Below are positions 1-12,820 of a stretch of DNA of 64,000 nt, in pieces; the stretch's first letter is position 1, and the number at the start of each line of letters is the position of its first letter. The position numbers and the translations under genes were made by a program. Origin of the DNA: Octopus vulgaris (taxonomy: Eukaryota); NCBI GenBank assembly GCA_951406725.2, contig OX597828.1:57474001-57538000 (forward strand), given 5' to 3'. The notes under the pieces are model-generated. The model was not told where the DNA came from and ran no database searches. It saw only the letters and a program-made list of their open reading frames with translations.

Positions 1-4
1 AACA

Positions 5-50
5 AAATCTGTTACTCTGAGTTTCTCGTTGCCGTTCATCAGACAGTTTT
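5..50 (-). ncRNA. Minimal type I hammerhead ribozyme motif in a PLE-type terminal repeat
   Basis: Minus strand reads ctgt-CTGATGA-acggcaacga-GAAA-CTCAGAG-TA-acag: stem I ctgt/acag, canonical core, near-palindromic stem III, GUA cleavage triplet. The element tail (aacagattttgtt...) recurs in the opposite orientation near 842. Confidence 0.7.
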
Positions 51-946
51 TGCTAGAATGGAACTTATATATTAATTCAATCTATACTCTTACAAACGCT
101 ACACTTTTAAAAAGAAATGGACTTGTTTGATTGGCCCTTTAGAAAAAACGGTCAATCTTCGAGCGATAAACAAAAAGGTCAAAAATATATGTATATATAT
201 ATAAAAAAACTTATAAAAATTATAAAATCCGAGGAAAAAACCGAGGAAAAAACCTATTGCCGTTAATGAAGACAGTACAAATTAAACCTGTTATAAATAC
301 TGCAATGCATATTTATATTAAAATCCACATATATATATCAACATACACAAAAGGATGCGCGTAAACGCCATACATACATATACAGACGTATGAATATGAA
401 TCTAAATTATACACATAAAAGCATGTGTACATATATTCACGCAAACCGTCTCGCACGCAAGCTAAAATTCATCTATGTAGCAATTCTCATATACTGAGCA
501 AGGAGGGGGAACGAAAGAAAGGGAAAGAGAGAAAAAGGAACGAAGGAGGGGTGGGGAAAAAACTTGTAGCGATGTTATTGGCATCTATAGAGGCCAGTAT
601 ACATACACAAGTTTGAATTGATACATATACATACCGTCGTGTGTATGCGTGCTTAAGCACAAGCATAGCATACTTTCACTCACACATACACAGATACGCA
701 TGCTTACAAATACATATGCTTTGCTATACACATACTTATATAAACATTCTAAATTTTGACAACATTGCTTTTTTTTAAAAAAAAACATTGCTTTTAAAAA
801 ATGGGTGCATTAATAAAAATATATACGAGAGACATATAAAAAACAGATTTTGTTGAATTTTCTGCTGCTTAAAATAAAGTATATATATATATATATATAT
901 ATATTTGTTTTGCAAGGCTTTTGATGTGGAATCGTGTGTCGAAAGA

Positions 947-1347
947 GATATTTAGGAATGGTCATTTTGCCAGTTTAGCCAATAAAAACACACGCACTAT
1001 ATATTTGGTGTTACTTTGCTTCAGCGTTAGTTATTTTTTACATTAATCTTAATCCTATTTCGGCTAGAATTCTTTCATCACAATCCTGTGACCGCATCAA
1101 CTAGGCACATACAATAGAAATACAAAATACAAGATGGATGACCGTTAGTAAGGAGAGACACACAAATAAGAAAGAAGAAAGCAAAGGACCACTGATGCGG
1201 TCACAGGAGTGTGACGAAAGAACTCTAGCCGAAATAAGATTAAGATTAATGTAAAAAATATATAACGCTGAATCAAAGTAATGCCAAATATACAGTGCGT
1301 GTGTTTTTATTGGCTAAACTGGCAAAATGACCATTCCTAAATACATC
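947..1347. repeat. Fold-back (inverted-repeat) element between (TA)n tracts, probable PLE terminus
   Basis: Arms ~947-1099 and ~1193-1347 are diverged reverse complements. The right arm has CTGATGC-g-GTCACA-ggag-TGTGAC-GAAA, a hammerhead-like hairpin. Confidence 0.7.
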
Positions 1348-1629
1348 AATATATATATATATATATATATATATAATCATATTTATATGTACAGTAAATT
1401 TTGATATGCAAGAGTAGACGAAAGTAATTATATGCGTGATCTGACAACAAGTATCCGGATTGTTGCAATAGTAATATAATTTTTTTTAATATCCCAATTT
1501 TATTCTTAGAAGCAATATTTTACCTAAGAAATTTCTTGTTCTGTACTTTACGAGATGTAATAACGTCTCCTGTAATTTTCCAGGTTTACAATCTTAAGAA
1601 TATTATCTCTCATACTCGCATTTTCCATG

Positions 1630-1674
<45 letters not shown>

Positions 1675-1799
1675 CATATATACATATACATACATATATG
1701 TATATATATATGTAAATGTATATATATATACATATATACATGTATATATATATATATGTGTATATATATATATATACATATGTATATATATGTGTGTAA

Positions 1800-2150
1800 C
1801 ACTGCAACATAATTTCTTTTCCTCAACAGGCCCTCCCCTATTTAACATTGTCCCGAGAGAGATCAAAGAGGAAAAGAATCTCATCAACTTTAAACAGAGT
1901 CTGGATAGATTCCTTCAAAGAATACCAGATAAGCCACCCATAATTGGATACAACTCACCCAACAAGAACTCACTCCTTGAACAAAACTGGATACAACTCA
2001 CCCAACAAGAACTCACTACTTGAACAAAACTTGACATAAACAAAACTTGACTTAAACAGGATTCGAATAATCCTATCAGGTGGTGCTATTAAGTTAGACA
2101 TGGCCTGGACCAATCTTTGGTCGAAACATATCTAAGTTTATCAAAGTTTA
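1800..2150 (+). mobile_element. 3' end of a CR1/L2-group LINE (RT C-terminus and 3' UTR)
   Basis: Translation [43 protein letters not shown]...NSLLE matches the typical CR1/Crack ORF2 C-terminus; short repeated tail follows. Confidence 0.7.
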
Positions 2151-2270
2151 TATACATGTATATATATATATATATATATACATATATGTCCAATAATACT
2201 ATATCTGTTCCACGTCCTCGCGGTGTTGTGTTTTTTGTGCTTTCTTGTTTGGATTAACTATATATATATG

Positions 2271-2337
<67 letters not shown>

Positions 2338-2512
2338 GCATTGAACAATTGAAATTGTTACACATTCGAATTTGCTTTCATTTCATTGGAGGTTTCAACT
2401 AACGGGGAATTTTTTAAGAAAACATTGTTCACATTCAAATGAGTATCTGTCAATGTAAATCATAGAATATTCTTATTCATATAGCCTTAATTCTAGTCCC
2501 ATTCTTAATCAC

Positions 2513-2670
2513 AACTGTCCAACGAAACGGAGCCTGAAACTCTGAGTAGCAGTTTTTTGTGATATTAACTGATGTTTTTGCAGATTCAATGATGAAGCGT
2601 ATTACACTGCCTCCCGTATGCGAGTACTGTTTCCCCCCTTGTTTCACATTAACGTGCTTACTCTGGTGTA
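2513..2670 (+). mobile_element. PLE-type terminal fragment with decayed hammerhead (same family as 5-50 and 53445-53488)
   Basis: aactgt-CCAACGA-aacggagcct-GAAA-CTCTGAG-TA-gcagtt; downstream gtgatatta..ctg..gttttt is shared with the 53.5-kb copy. Confidence 0.55.
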
Positions 2671-2707
2671 TGTATATGTGTTTGTGTTTGTTTGTGTGTG
2701 TGTGCGT

Positions 2708-2740
<33 letters not shown>

Positions 2741-2862
2741 GCTCGGTATCGTATGTATTGCCGACTGTAAATGCGCTTGCGCGCGAAATTTTGATAAGTT
2801 ATAACATATAGCGACGGGACATGTGTTATCAAGTCTCTGAATTATAAGTTAGTTATTGAAGC

Positions 2863-2973
2863 CGGTTACTGATGAGAATTCGCCTGGTAGATAATATTGT
2901 TTTGCTAAATTATCTATTAAAGGATGGCAAATAATATTATTTGCTAAAGAAATTCGAAACCATGTTATAACCG
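2863..2973 (+). ncRNA. Type I hammerhead ribozyme with a long, branched stem II
   Basis: cggtta-CTGATGA-gaatt-[70 nt containing two hairpins]-aattc-GAAA-CCATGT-TA-taaccg. Stem I is 6 bp perfect and stem II 5 bp; stem III is one substitution from the palindrome ACCATGGT. Confidence 0.7.
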
Positions 2974-3122
2974 CTAATAAAGATAACAAGGTAAAGTTTT
3001 TATTTTTCATTTACTTCGAAAATTGCTAGTAAATCGTGGTTTTGGCCATGTTGGCTGATATTTCTAGCATGTAAAAATTACCTGTTAAAGAGCAGTTTTC
3101 TTTTGTATTTAATTGTACACTA

Positions 3123-3182
<60 letters not shown>

Positions 3183-3949
3183 CACACATGTGTGTGTGTG
3201 TGTGCCTGTGTGTGTAAATTCAAATTGTATTCAAGGTTGCTTCCTGCAGTTATAGCTTTTTAATTGTAGCGTGGTCAAGATTTACGCGCATAAGTCAATG
3301 TACCGTATGATGAGCCACATTATAAATGCATCAGTACTTGTTGATCTGTGAATGACAGATTTGATGTTCGTACTTCATGATGCGAGAAACTACAGAAATT
3401 CACGTATCCTATGAGAACATTATTCAAAGACTTTTCACACATATCTTTACACACATATCCCTAAGTGATCAATTTCCTCGGAGGACTAGTTTTGCACCGG
3501 AAGATCTTTTGACGTTCGAATTCAATCGAACGTATTAAATATTGTTTTACACGAAAATACCTTATTTAATGCTGCGACTCTGCGTGTGTCTGTGTCTCTG
3601 TGTGTGTAAGTGTGTGTGCGTGAGTGGGTATTATTAATGGAGTCAAAACAAATAATCATATTTAAAAATCATATGTTTGAGGTGTGTGTAAAAGATAATT
3701 AGAAATACAGCTATGCGTAAACCATCCTCAGTTAAATCATTTCAAAATAGGAAAGAGTTATTAGAAATGTTCTAACATATATGGTTAGAGCTGTAAGATG
3801 TCTATAATGTTAGATGGGTGAATACATGCGTAGAGTATAGAGGGGCACAAAGAGGGAGATAGAAGGAGGCGGTTAAAATTCTGGTATCGAGCACCGGTTC
3901 TGAGCAGAGATGAAATATTTACATACATAAGTATGTGTATTTGTATGTG

Positions 3950-4009
<60 letters not shown>

Positions 4010-4514
4010 TGTGTAGGAGGAGGAATTCCGACCATGTTTCGTCGTTCGCTACGTCAACAGCTCATTTATAGGATCCAGTGGCTAAGAACATCATCAGGAG
4101 GAACCACATCCGGTTTCGGCCCCTATTCCCTTACCTCTACCACTTTTGGAGGTATCTTCAGCTCTGGTTTTGAATGCGTTTTGTTTTTGTTTTTCATTTG
4201 GCCTTTTGGTCTTTGGTTTCTTCGATGCAGCGTCAACGAATGTCAGCTGGCGAATGACCAACCGGCCAAATTTCCCTTTAAATACTCGCCGTTGGGCTCC
4301 TGCAACTAGCGCCAGCTGTCACGTGACATAGTCTAAGCTTCAACTGACCAATTGAGGGGAAGGGTGCGTAATTTTGGCCCGCGCTCTCTTTAGATCTACC
4401 TTCTAACTAAGTCGTGTTAGTTTCACTACCAGCAGACAGACCCGACAAACTGTCTTGTGGTACAAGCCTTCGAACTACCGGATTCGAGGGCACGCAATGA
4501 ACGGGATGGTCCAC

Positions 4515-7500
4515 TCGGCCCACCTGTCAAGTAGCAACGTTTTTAAGGGCCAGCCAGCCTCACCGAGCGACGCTGTTTTCCAGTCGGCATGTTATAGCTT
4601 TCGAGCCATTTCGGGTCTTTTTGTTTTACCCATACGTGGAAGCTGGCTTTGTCGACCGCCTCTTGCATTCACCTTATTACATTTCTCTAGCTCTGAGCTC
4701 GAAAATGCAAACTTACTTTTAAATAAGGTCGCCATTTTCCTTTCAAGGAAGCCTCTAGCTCCCACTGCCAGGTGGTAATACTCGATAATTCACCCCTGTT
4801 CCCTGCACTGTTCGGTTAATCTCTCATGCTTCCTCTGCTTCCGTTGCTCTGCATTAGCGATGCTCTCTTCCCATGACACAGGCAGCTCTAGCAAAATTCC
4901 AGATTTTTGTTCTGCATTCTATAGGAATAAGTCCGGTCTTTTTGTTGTTTTCATGAGTGAAAATATTAACAATCTTTCCAAATCCGCGGTCACCTCCCAG
5001 TATCCCTTCCAACTTTCATCTGTTTCGTATTCTTTTTTTGAAGTTTTACTTTTATATTCTTTCCCTTCGTTGTGGAAGTATATCTTCCGCGCTTTTCCAC
5101 TTTTGGATATTCTCTCCTATTATATTCATTCGTCTCCTCTTTGAATACTGTGCTTATGACACTGAGGAGTTGATAGTGACATCATGTATATCTGCTGTGG
5201 CTTAGCCTGTAGTTTGACGGAACATGTTTCTCGGTCGCTTTCTCTCTACATCTACATTTATTAGTTGTTTGTATGTTCTACCGGTCAAAACTTGGCCGGT
5301 GAATGCAAAAGGTCGAAGGTAGGCTTGATCAGGAATGATGTCCTTGTTTGTTATCAAGCCCCCAAAAGTTTCTTCCATGAGATTCTGCGAGTGACCACAT
5401 ATCCCTCCCATCTCAGTCGTTAATCCTGATGACTACATTGCACCAAATGTACATTTCGCCTTTTTTCCCCTCCTTTCTCACTTCGTGCACCACTGCCCCT
5501 TTCACCTCTTTTACACTGCTTATGCAAAATGGTTTGCTACTTCTTCTGCTTTTCATTTTCCTTGTTCGTACCTTGGGGGGGATTTCTCGGATGTTCTGAC
5601 CTTTTGAATACCTTAACATCATTCCAGCCCTCACCTTTCCTGCCTTATTTTCTTCTGCGATTGATATTATCGGTAGTTGCCGCACAGGTTTTCGATATAG
5701 TATAGATGTATTCAGTGGTTTTGGAAGAGCATTGCATTTTCTGATAAACACACTGCATCTTTGTTCCATCCTTTCTACTCCACTCGAGGCTATTTCATAC
5801 GTTTGCAATGGCCACATTATCCTTGGATACAGTCCAAATTGCAGTATCCAGCATTTGAACTTCCCCGGTAATGTTGTATTATGAATTGCCTTTAGTCCCT
5901 GTTCCATTACATCGTGTGTTTCTTTGCCTTGCGACTTTATTAATTTACCATCTGCTGAGACATTTTACGGGTTGTTCTTTCACTTCGCCTCCTATCCTGA
6001 ACTTCACTTCGTTTTGGATTCCTTTCACGAATGCCACACTTCGAGATTTCTTGGCTTTGAATTTCATTCTCGCCCATCTTACTATCATGATTAGCACAAA
6101 GAAGGTGACTGGTATCATGCATCCAGCTGCAATACCTATTTCTAGCCGTTGCCACCTCGTTCTGAACTTTCCTGATGTAAATCTCATCCTCCGTTTATCG
6201 TAGTAACACATCAGCATTCGTTGAACATCTGGAATAAAAAAAGAAGTCCACAGCTGCCTGAATTAGTGTGTGTGGAACAGATCCATATGCATTAGCAAGA
6301 TCTAGCCATACAATGTACAGGTATTTCTTCAGTTGTTTTGCGCTGTTGATAGCTTCCCAGATGGCAAATGCATGTTCTATGCATCGAGGGATTCCAGGGA
6401 TCCCTGCCTTCTGGATTGCTTCATTAACATATCCGTTTTGCTGTACGGACCTTATAATTCTCCTAGCAATAATTCCAAACATGATCTTCCCATAGATATT
6501 TAGCAATAAAATGGATTGGAATTGCCCTAGCGTTATTGCCTCCATCTCTTTAAGTAAATAGATACAGTCAGCTATACACTATTCACTCTGCTACGTCTTC
6601 CTTTGTCTTAGAAATGCAAATAGTCATAAACGTAAATTCGGGCAATAATTATGAACCTTGTAGCTAACTCCATCGTTCCCTGTTAAACATTTTGCTCTTA
6701 TTTTCTAATGTACTCATCAATTTCGTTTCGTCTGATGTCACTCAAATCAAATGGTATACTTAGCTCAAGTGGTTTCTTCAGCCCGAGCATTTCTGGGGGT
6801 ACTTTATTACTATTAGCGTCGCTGTATGCCTCTTTAAGTTGGTGTTTGAATTCTTCTTTAGTGCAATCTAATCTTCCGCTCTTGCTTTCCGCAAAGAAAC
6901 GTTTAGCATATTGACATAGGTTGTTTACAAAACTACGATAGTTCTTTTCTCTTCCTTCTTTCCTTTCTGAGCTGGTCTCGATGCCTCTTTTTTTATCTCT
7001 TCATTTAGTTGTTTTAGTCCTTCTTATTCCCCCTCCTTTGCATCCCTCCATCTGGTTCTTAGTTTTTTTTCTTTCGCTTCTCGTATCTTTGCGATCCGTC
7101 TTTCGCTCCTCGAAGGTCCGCCTTTTACCCATAATTCTCCCTTCCCTGTTGTTTCAAGCCCAAATCTTTTCTCTCCTTCCCGCTAGATTATGGTAGCCAA
7201 GTTCTCCAGCTTTTGATCGTCATCCCCTTTGAATTTGGTGTTCATTCTTGCTACCTCACCGTAGAATTTCTTATAGCTAGCTGCATCATTTGTCTTCGGC
7301 CACTTAATCTTTGGCTTCTTCACGCCGATTTCTTTTCTTGGCTGTTCCGATTTAATTGTCGAATAAACCTTCCTATGATTTCTTTCCAGGAGGTTCTGGA
7401 CACACGTTTTTCAACCTGCGCTGTTGAATCACTTTCATGTGATAAACTTTCCCTTGGTGAATTCTAAGCCCGATGTGAAAACCTTTCCGCAACAACTGAA

Positions 7501-7580
7501 TTCCTTCTCTACCTTTCCTTTACCGCTTCCTTTCTCGTTGTCCATTTCCGGTCTGGACCCATTCTTTTTTTTTTTTTTGT
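4515..7580 (-). mobile_element. Hero-like (R2-group, restriction-like endonuclease) non-LTR retrotransposon, near full length, pseudogenised
   Basis: N-terminal zinc-finger remnant CCGKVFTS..GLRIHQGK (~7450-7500); RT motifs QKAGIPGIPRCIEH, VWLDLANAYGSVPH, WQRLEIGIAAGC, LPGKFKCWILQFGLYPRIMWPL; RLE domain RPDL..LELPVSWEE..RK..AVGARGF (~4745-4940). Many stops and frameshifts. Confidence 0.9.
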
Positions 7581-7584
7581 TCCC

Positions 7585-7800
7585 TCGGCTCACCTGTCAA
7601 GCAGCAACGTTCTTTAAGTACCGGCCACTCTCACCGAGCGACGGTATTTTCTAGTCGGCATGTTATGGCATTCGAGCCATTTCGGGTCTTTTCGTTTCAG
7701 CCTTATATAGAAGCTGGCTTTGTCGACCGCCTCGGGCATCCTCTTTATTACTTTCCCCAGCTCTGAGATCGAAAATGCAAACCTTCTTTTAAATAAAGTC
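7585..7800 (-). mobile_element. Second, diverged copy of the Hero-like element's 3' end
   Basis: Aligns by eye with 4515-4731 (cacctgtcaag.agcaacgtt...gaagctggctttgtcgaccgcctc...gaaaatgcaaac..cttttaaataa.gtc). Confidence 0.85.
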
Positions 7801-8356
7801 ATGCAACGTTATATATGCATGCATGTGCATATATTTATAGAAATGTATTAATATACGTATGTATTTATATCGTGCGTGTGTGTGTGTATGTGTGTGTGTG
7901 TGTCAGCTCATTAATAAATTGCTTTTTGTGGTTATTGTGTTGTTTTGAGTCCTATAGTGATGATTAGTGCTCTTGTTCACTTTATTAGTGTATATATTTC
8001 TGCCTTTAGGTTATATAATTGCGAATTAGCGACCTATATTACTTATAATTCTCATATTTACGGTTTAAGAAATCAGCATATGATTTCAACGGAGATCTTA
8101 TAAGCTTACAAGGTGAGATGGATTTAATCCTAGGCGCCGTGAGACATAACGATGAGTATTAAGAATCAAAATGCGTTAAGAATCAAAATGCAAAAACCAT
8201 CGGTTATCTAGCTCATTAATATAATGTCTTTTTTGGCTATTGAGCTGTTTTGACTCTTATTTCAAGCAATAATCGTACTGATTAATGCCTTTGTTCATTT
8301 TAGTGAAGTATATGTTTCTCCGTTTAAGTTGTAAAATTGCAAATTAGCCACTCATA

Positions 8357-8614
<258 letters not shown>

Positions 8615-9181
8615 CCTTATGATACCAACTTCATTTAATATAGAACTGATCAGATTATGTAGATTTATTTATATTAAATATGAACAAGGAATAAGTTCGT
8701 AATCACATACTTATTTCATGCGTTGTATTTGTTTTCTGTGTGTGTATACACATACACATATATATAATATACAATGCGTATACTTACATACATGCATGTG
8801 ATTGTGTGTGTGAGAGAGTGCGTGTGTGTGTAAGTATATACATTTAAATGTCGTTCGCTATTACACAATCAAACGGTCATATCATCCTAATTGTAATTAT
8901 ATCTAGTTCTTATCTACCATATCTCTAATCGCAGAACTACTTATTAATGCTGCCTAAGGAACCTCTCATAAGCAACAACCTGTATAAAGACCTACATAAA
9001 AGCTCACATACATGAACACATACATTCTGCTCTCGCACACAAGCCTGCACATAACTACACCCACATAATAACATATCTTTAATAACTATTATAAACACAT
9101 CGATCAATTGTTGAATGTTAACATATCGCAATAAATATTTAAACATTTCTTTCTAAAAACTGGATCTATTTTTCCAATATA

Positions 9182-9900
9182 CAGTGTGGCAAGAAGGTCA
9201 CTATACAGTTACTTACGATAACAATTAACACGCAGTCCAGAAATGTAAGATTAAAATGGTTCCGGTTAATTCTGGTTAACAACAATAACATTCTATGGGA
9301 ACTAATAGTAAATTAATTACCGATACTGTTCAAGCTGCAAACCACTTGCTTTAGTGAATTACCTAAAACGTGAGAAAACGCTTCGACAAATTTCACGACA
9401 CAAATGGTTCTGACGGAGTAAGTCTGATAATGCATCTCGAATAAGTTGCTTGATGCCATCGATATTTCTCGGTTTCTTTGTGAAAACGGAGTCTTTGTGA
9501 AAACGGAGTCCCCATATAGCGAAATTCATTGGGGTCAAATCTAGTGAGCGATGAGCCACTCAACGTCGTCCTAGCCATCTTCCTGGAAATGATTCATCAA
9601 TATAATATCTCACTTTGAGAGCAAAATATGACTGTGCCTCATCCTGATGATGAAAGTAAAGCTGATGGAACTCAGCCCTTTGTTGTAAAAGAGGAACTAC
9701 AGCGGTTTGTAATGTTTCTAAGCAGTTAGTTACAGGGACTGTTTCATCAAAGAAAGTAAGACCGATGATTCCGGGACTTGATATGCCAGCCCAAAAGATT
9801 GACTTTGGATGGTTAGATGAGGATCCTCTGAAGCCCAGTAAGTGCAATTATGTCTGTTTACACTTCTAGATAGCTTGAATCGTGCTTCGTCATATCTTTG
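9182..9900 (-). mobile_element. Tc1/mariner-superfamily (Tc3/DUF4817-like) transposase relic with one TIR
   Basis: Frameshifted motifs [79 protein letters not shown]; terminus TA-CAGTGTGG at 9180. Confidence 0.85.
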
Positions 9901-10044
9901 GTCACTCTCATTAGTCAGATTAACTTCCGATAAGCTACAATTATAAACCAACTTTGATGATTTATAAGTTACAGTCATGAACCTGTTTCGGTGTCGTGTA
10001 TATTGCTTTGCTTTTTTTTCTGATTCTGCTTAGCATTTTTTATT

Positions 10045-10431
10045 ACTAGCAGTATAGCTCGGCGTTTCTCGGGTTTGTTTCAACCCTTTAGAATTGGAAT
10101 TTTTGAAAAGTAAAAAAATTGCATTATGTAACTTGTTCTCCTCTTTAAGTGAATATTTTTTCTGGTTGAAATACGCCGAAAAATGGCGACACAAGTCAAA
10201 TCGTAAAAAATAGGGATTTTCATAGAAACCAAAGCACCTTTTTGATGTAAATAATTTCTGGTCTTAACATGGCCCGATTTGAACTTTATCTTCTACGGAA
10301 TGTAGAGCAAGCCTTCTTCTATCATACTCTCAGTTTTGGTCAACTTGCGCCACAGGGTATCGGAGGAGACAGTGTTATTTGAAGCCTACCAAACCTGCCA
10401 CATACAGACAACTTCAGCTTTATATATAGAT
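10045..10431 (+). mobile_element. Non-autonomous Helitron/Helentron-like (HINE-type) element
   Basis: Starts ACTAG followed by a short hairpin (ctcggcgtttctcggg) and ends ...cagacaacttcagctttatatatagat; no coding capacity. Class assigned from terminal pattern only. Confidence 0.45.
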
Positions 10432-11331
10432 AAGTTACTGTATGATTACTTTATTGCCACCTTGTATATCAGACCAGTGCCACAAGGCATAATAAAAGTT
10501 TTCTGGTATTTCACTCATTGTTATTGTCACACATTAAGCCCAGATCATTTAAGTGTGAGTGTGTGTGTTTGTGTGTATGCTTGTGTGTGTGTGTGTGCAT
10601 GCGCGCGCGATTGTGTTTGTGTGTGCAGGCGCACTTGCATTTATTCCGTGCAATTTTGAATGGTGTTACCTGCCGCTATTTCTTTTTCGAATATGATGAA
10701 TTAAATAAATACATTACCTCCTAAAATGGATTAGCTGCGACAGTCTTTCATACACGGACACCACATTCATTTTCCATTGTGAATAATGTGTTGCGCACTT
10801 TCAAGATGTTACACCATGCAAGATATTGTCAGTCAAATACAGTGCAGAGTTTGTAACGCTGTGATGACAGAGAAATTTCAGAACTTCAGCTATATTATAT
10901 TCTTAAAAATATCTAGCGTCAAATGTTTTACGATCGACAAAAACGTACAGAAACGTACAAACTGCTTTTTATACACGGTAATTGAATATGATTTCCAGTC
11001 TCTCATTTATCACAGTATGAGAACATTTTGGAATGTGCATCTTATATACGCGACCGAGGTGCCTCACACACACATGCACACACACATACACACGCGCACG
11101 CATACACACACACATATAAATATATATATGTGTGTGTGAGAGAGAGAGATAGAGAGAGAGAGAGAGGGAGTGAGAGAGGGCGAGAGTGAGAGAGAGAGTG
11201 AGAGAGAGAGAGCGAGGGTGAGAGAGAGAGAGAATAAATATGCGCAAATGCTTGAGGAATTATATAATTTTCCTACAGGGACATCAGAAAACCAATGAGC
11301 AATTATTGAATAGATAAAAACATTAGGTTAA

Positions 11332-11383
<52 letters not shown>

Positions 11384-11728
11384 CAATATATTCTCATCGG
11401 AAATAAATACATTTTTGCATACGTATGAAAGAAACTGTCTCAATCTTTGTTTGTGAAGCAAACATGATGCAATTCGATTGTTCTAATAACTCTAGTGTTT
11501 CTAATCATATGAAATGATTTATCAGATCAATAAATCACACGTAACTGACATGCAGAATGCCTAATCATAAGCAGAAAAGCATTAAGCGTATTGAACCAAT
11601 TCATGTAGAGCTTAGCAACATATCTTCTATGAAAATTGTATCTCACAATCATGACAATACAAAAATGCGTTTATAGTTATATAATTTCATATGCACATAC
11701 ACACACATACGCACGCACGCACACACAC

Positions 11729-11769
<41 letters not shown>

Positions 11770-11786
11770 CTCACACAACGTATATA

Positions 11787-12180
11787 CAGTGAATAAATTG
11801 TCTAAATTACGCAAAAATGAAACAAAGACGGTCACCTCATTTTAACAGATATATTTACCGAAATTATATTGAAATATCTTGAAATACTAAAATATATTTA
11901 ATAAAAGCGCCATTGGCCTCAATCCCGGTCTACAGACGACTTTGGAATCTCTTTCAAGTATTCTGGAAGGTCTCCTTGTTTAAGTTGTTGAATGCTGCCG
12001 TAATCCTTGCCTTCAGTTCATCTTTGGTGCTACAAGGAGTTTTGTTGCTCTCTCCCTTAACTGCGCCCCGCACATAAAAATCAAGGGGGCTGCAGCCTGG
12101 GGTGGCCAGATGTTAGGTGTGATGTGGTCGTAGAAATTGTCTGACAGCCATGACTCTGTTGTCCTGCATGTGTGGCATGT
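11787..12180 (-). mobile_element. Tc1/mariner (maT/DD37D-like) transposase 3' fragment
   Basis: Minus-strand HTCRTTESWLSDNFYDHITPNIWPP..CSPLDFYVRGAVK..SNKTPCSTKDELKARI...RFQSRL..IEANG; ends at TA-CAGTG. Confidence 0.8.
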
Positions 12181-12284
12181 TTCAGAGTCCTCTTCCTAGA
12201 CATTGGGTCTTCCAGCATCCACCTTCTTGGCCCAAGTCAAATATTGGCACCCTAAGCATAACACCAACTTGAACTTCCAGGTTG

Positions 12285-12354
12285 TTATCTTTTGAGGTCT
12301 CTGGGTGAGATTTGGAGCCAACTTGTACAAATGTAAAGCAAAAGTCAAACATAA

Positions 12355-12407
<53 letters not shown>

Positions 12408-12420
12408 TAATAATAATAAT
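12285..12420 (+). mobile_element. Probable R4/Dong-like LINE 3' UTR running into (TAA)n
   Basis: tgaggtctctgggtgagatttggagccaac...aagtcaaacataa followed by a (TAA)n tract; Dong elements are known to target TAA repeats. Confidence 0.5.
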
Positions 12421-12820
12421 TCCCCGGCGAAGAATGAACATGTGTGGCGAGAGCAGGATCACTGTGAAAGAAGAAGAAAAATAAGCAACTCTGACAATTT
12501 GAAGTGGGAAATAAGAAGTTTGTGGTCAATGAAGAGAGTAGACGTGATACCAATTGTAATTGGTGCTCTTGGAAGTATCGGCACTCAACTACCAACATGG
12601 TTCTAAAGGATCGGTGCAAGTGCGAACGTAGAACAACTACAAAAATCAGTGATGGTTTGGAATTGCAAGAATTCTTTGCTGAGTCCTTGAAGCAAGACCA
12701 GTAAACAAGTGTAACCTTAGTATGCTGTCTGTGGACAGCTGGCACTTTCCATCGTACCCAGCAAAATGAGTTGTGAGTTTTCATAGAAGAAGAAAGAAGA
12801 AGAAGAAGAAGAAGAAGAAG
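12421..12820 (+). mobile_element. R4/Dong-clade LINE 3' fragment (RLE domain) with (GAA)n tail
   Basis: RITVKEEEKISNSDNLKWEIRSLWSMKRVDVIPIVIGALGSIG..L..W..RIG...EQLQKS..GIARIL, the characteristic R4/Dong C-terminus; starts directly after (TAA)n. Confidence 0.85.
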
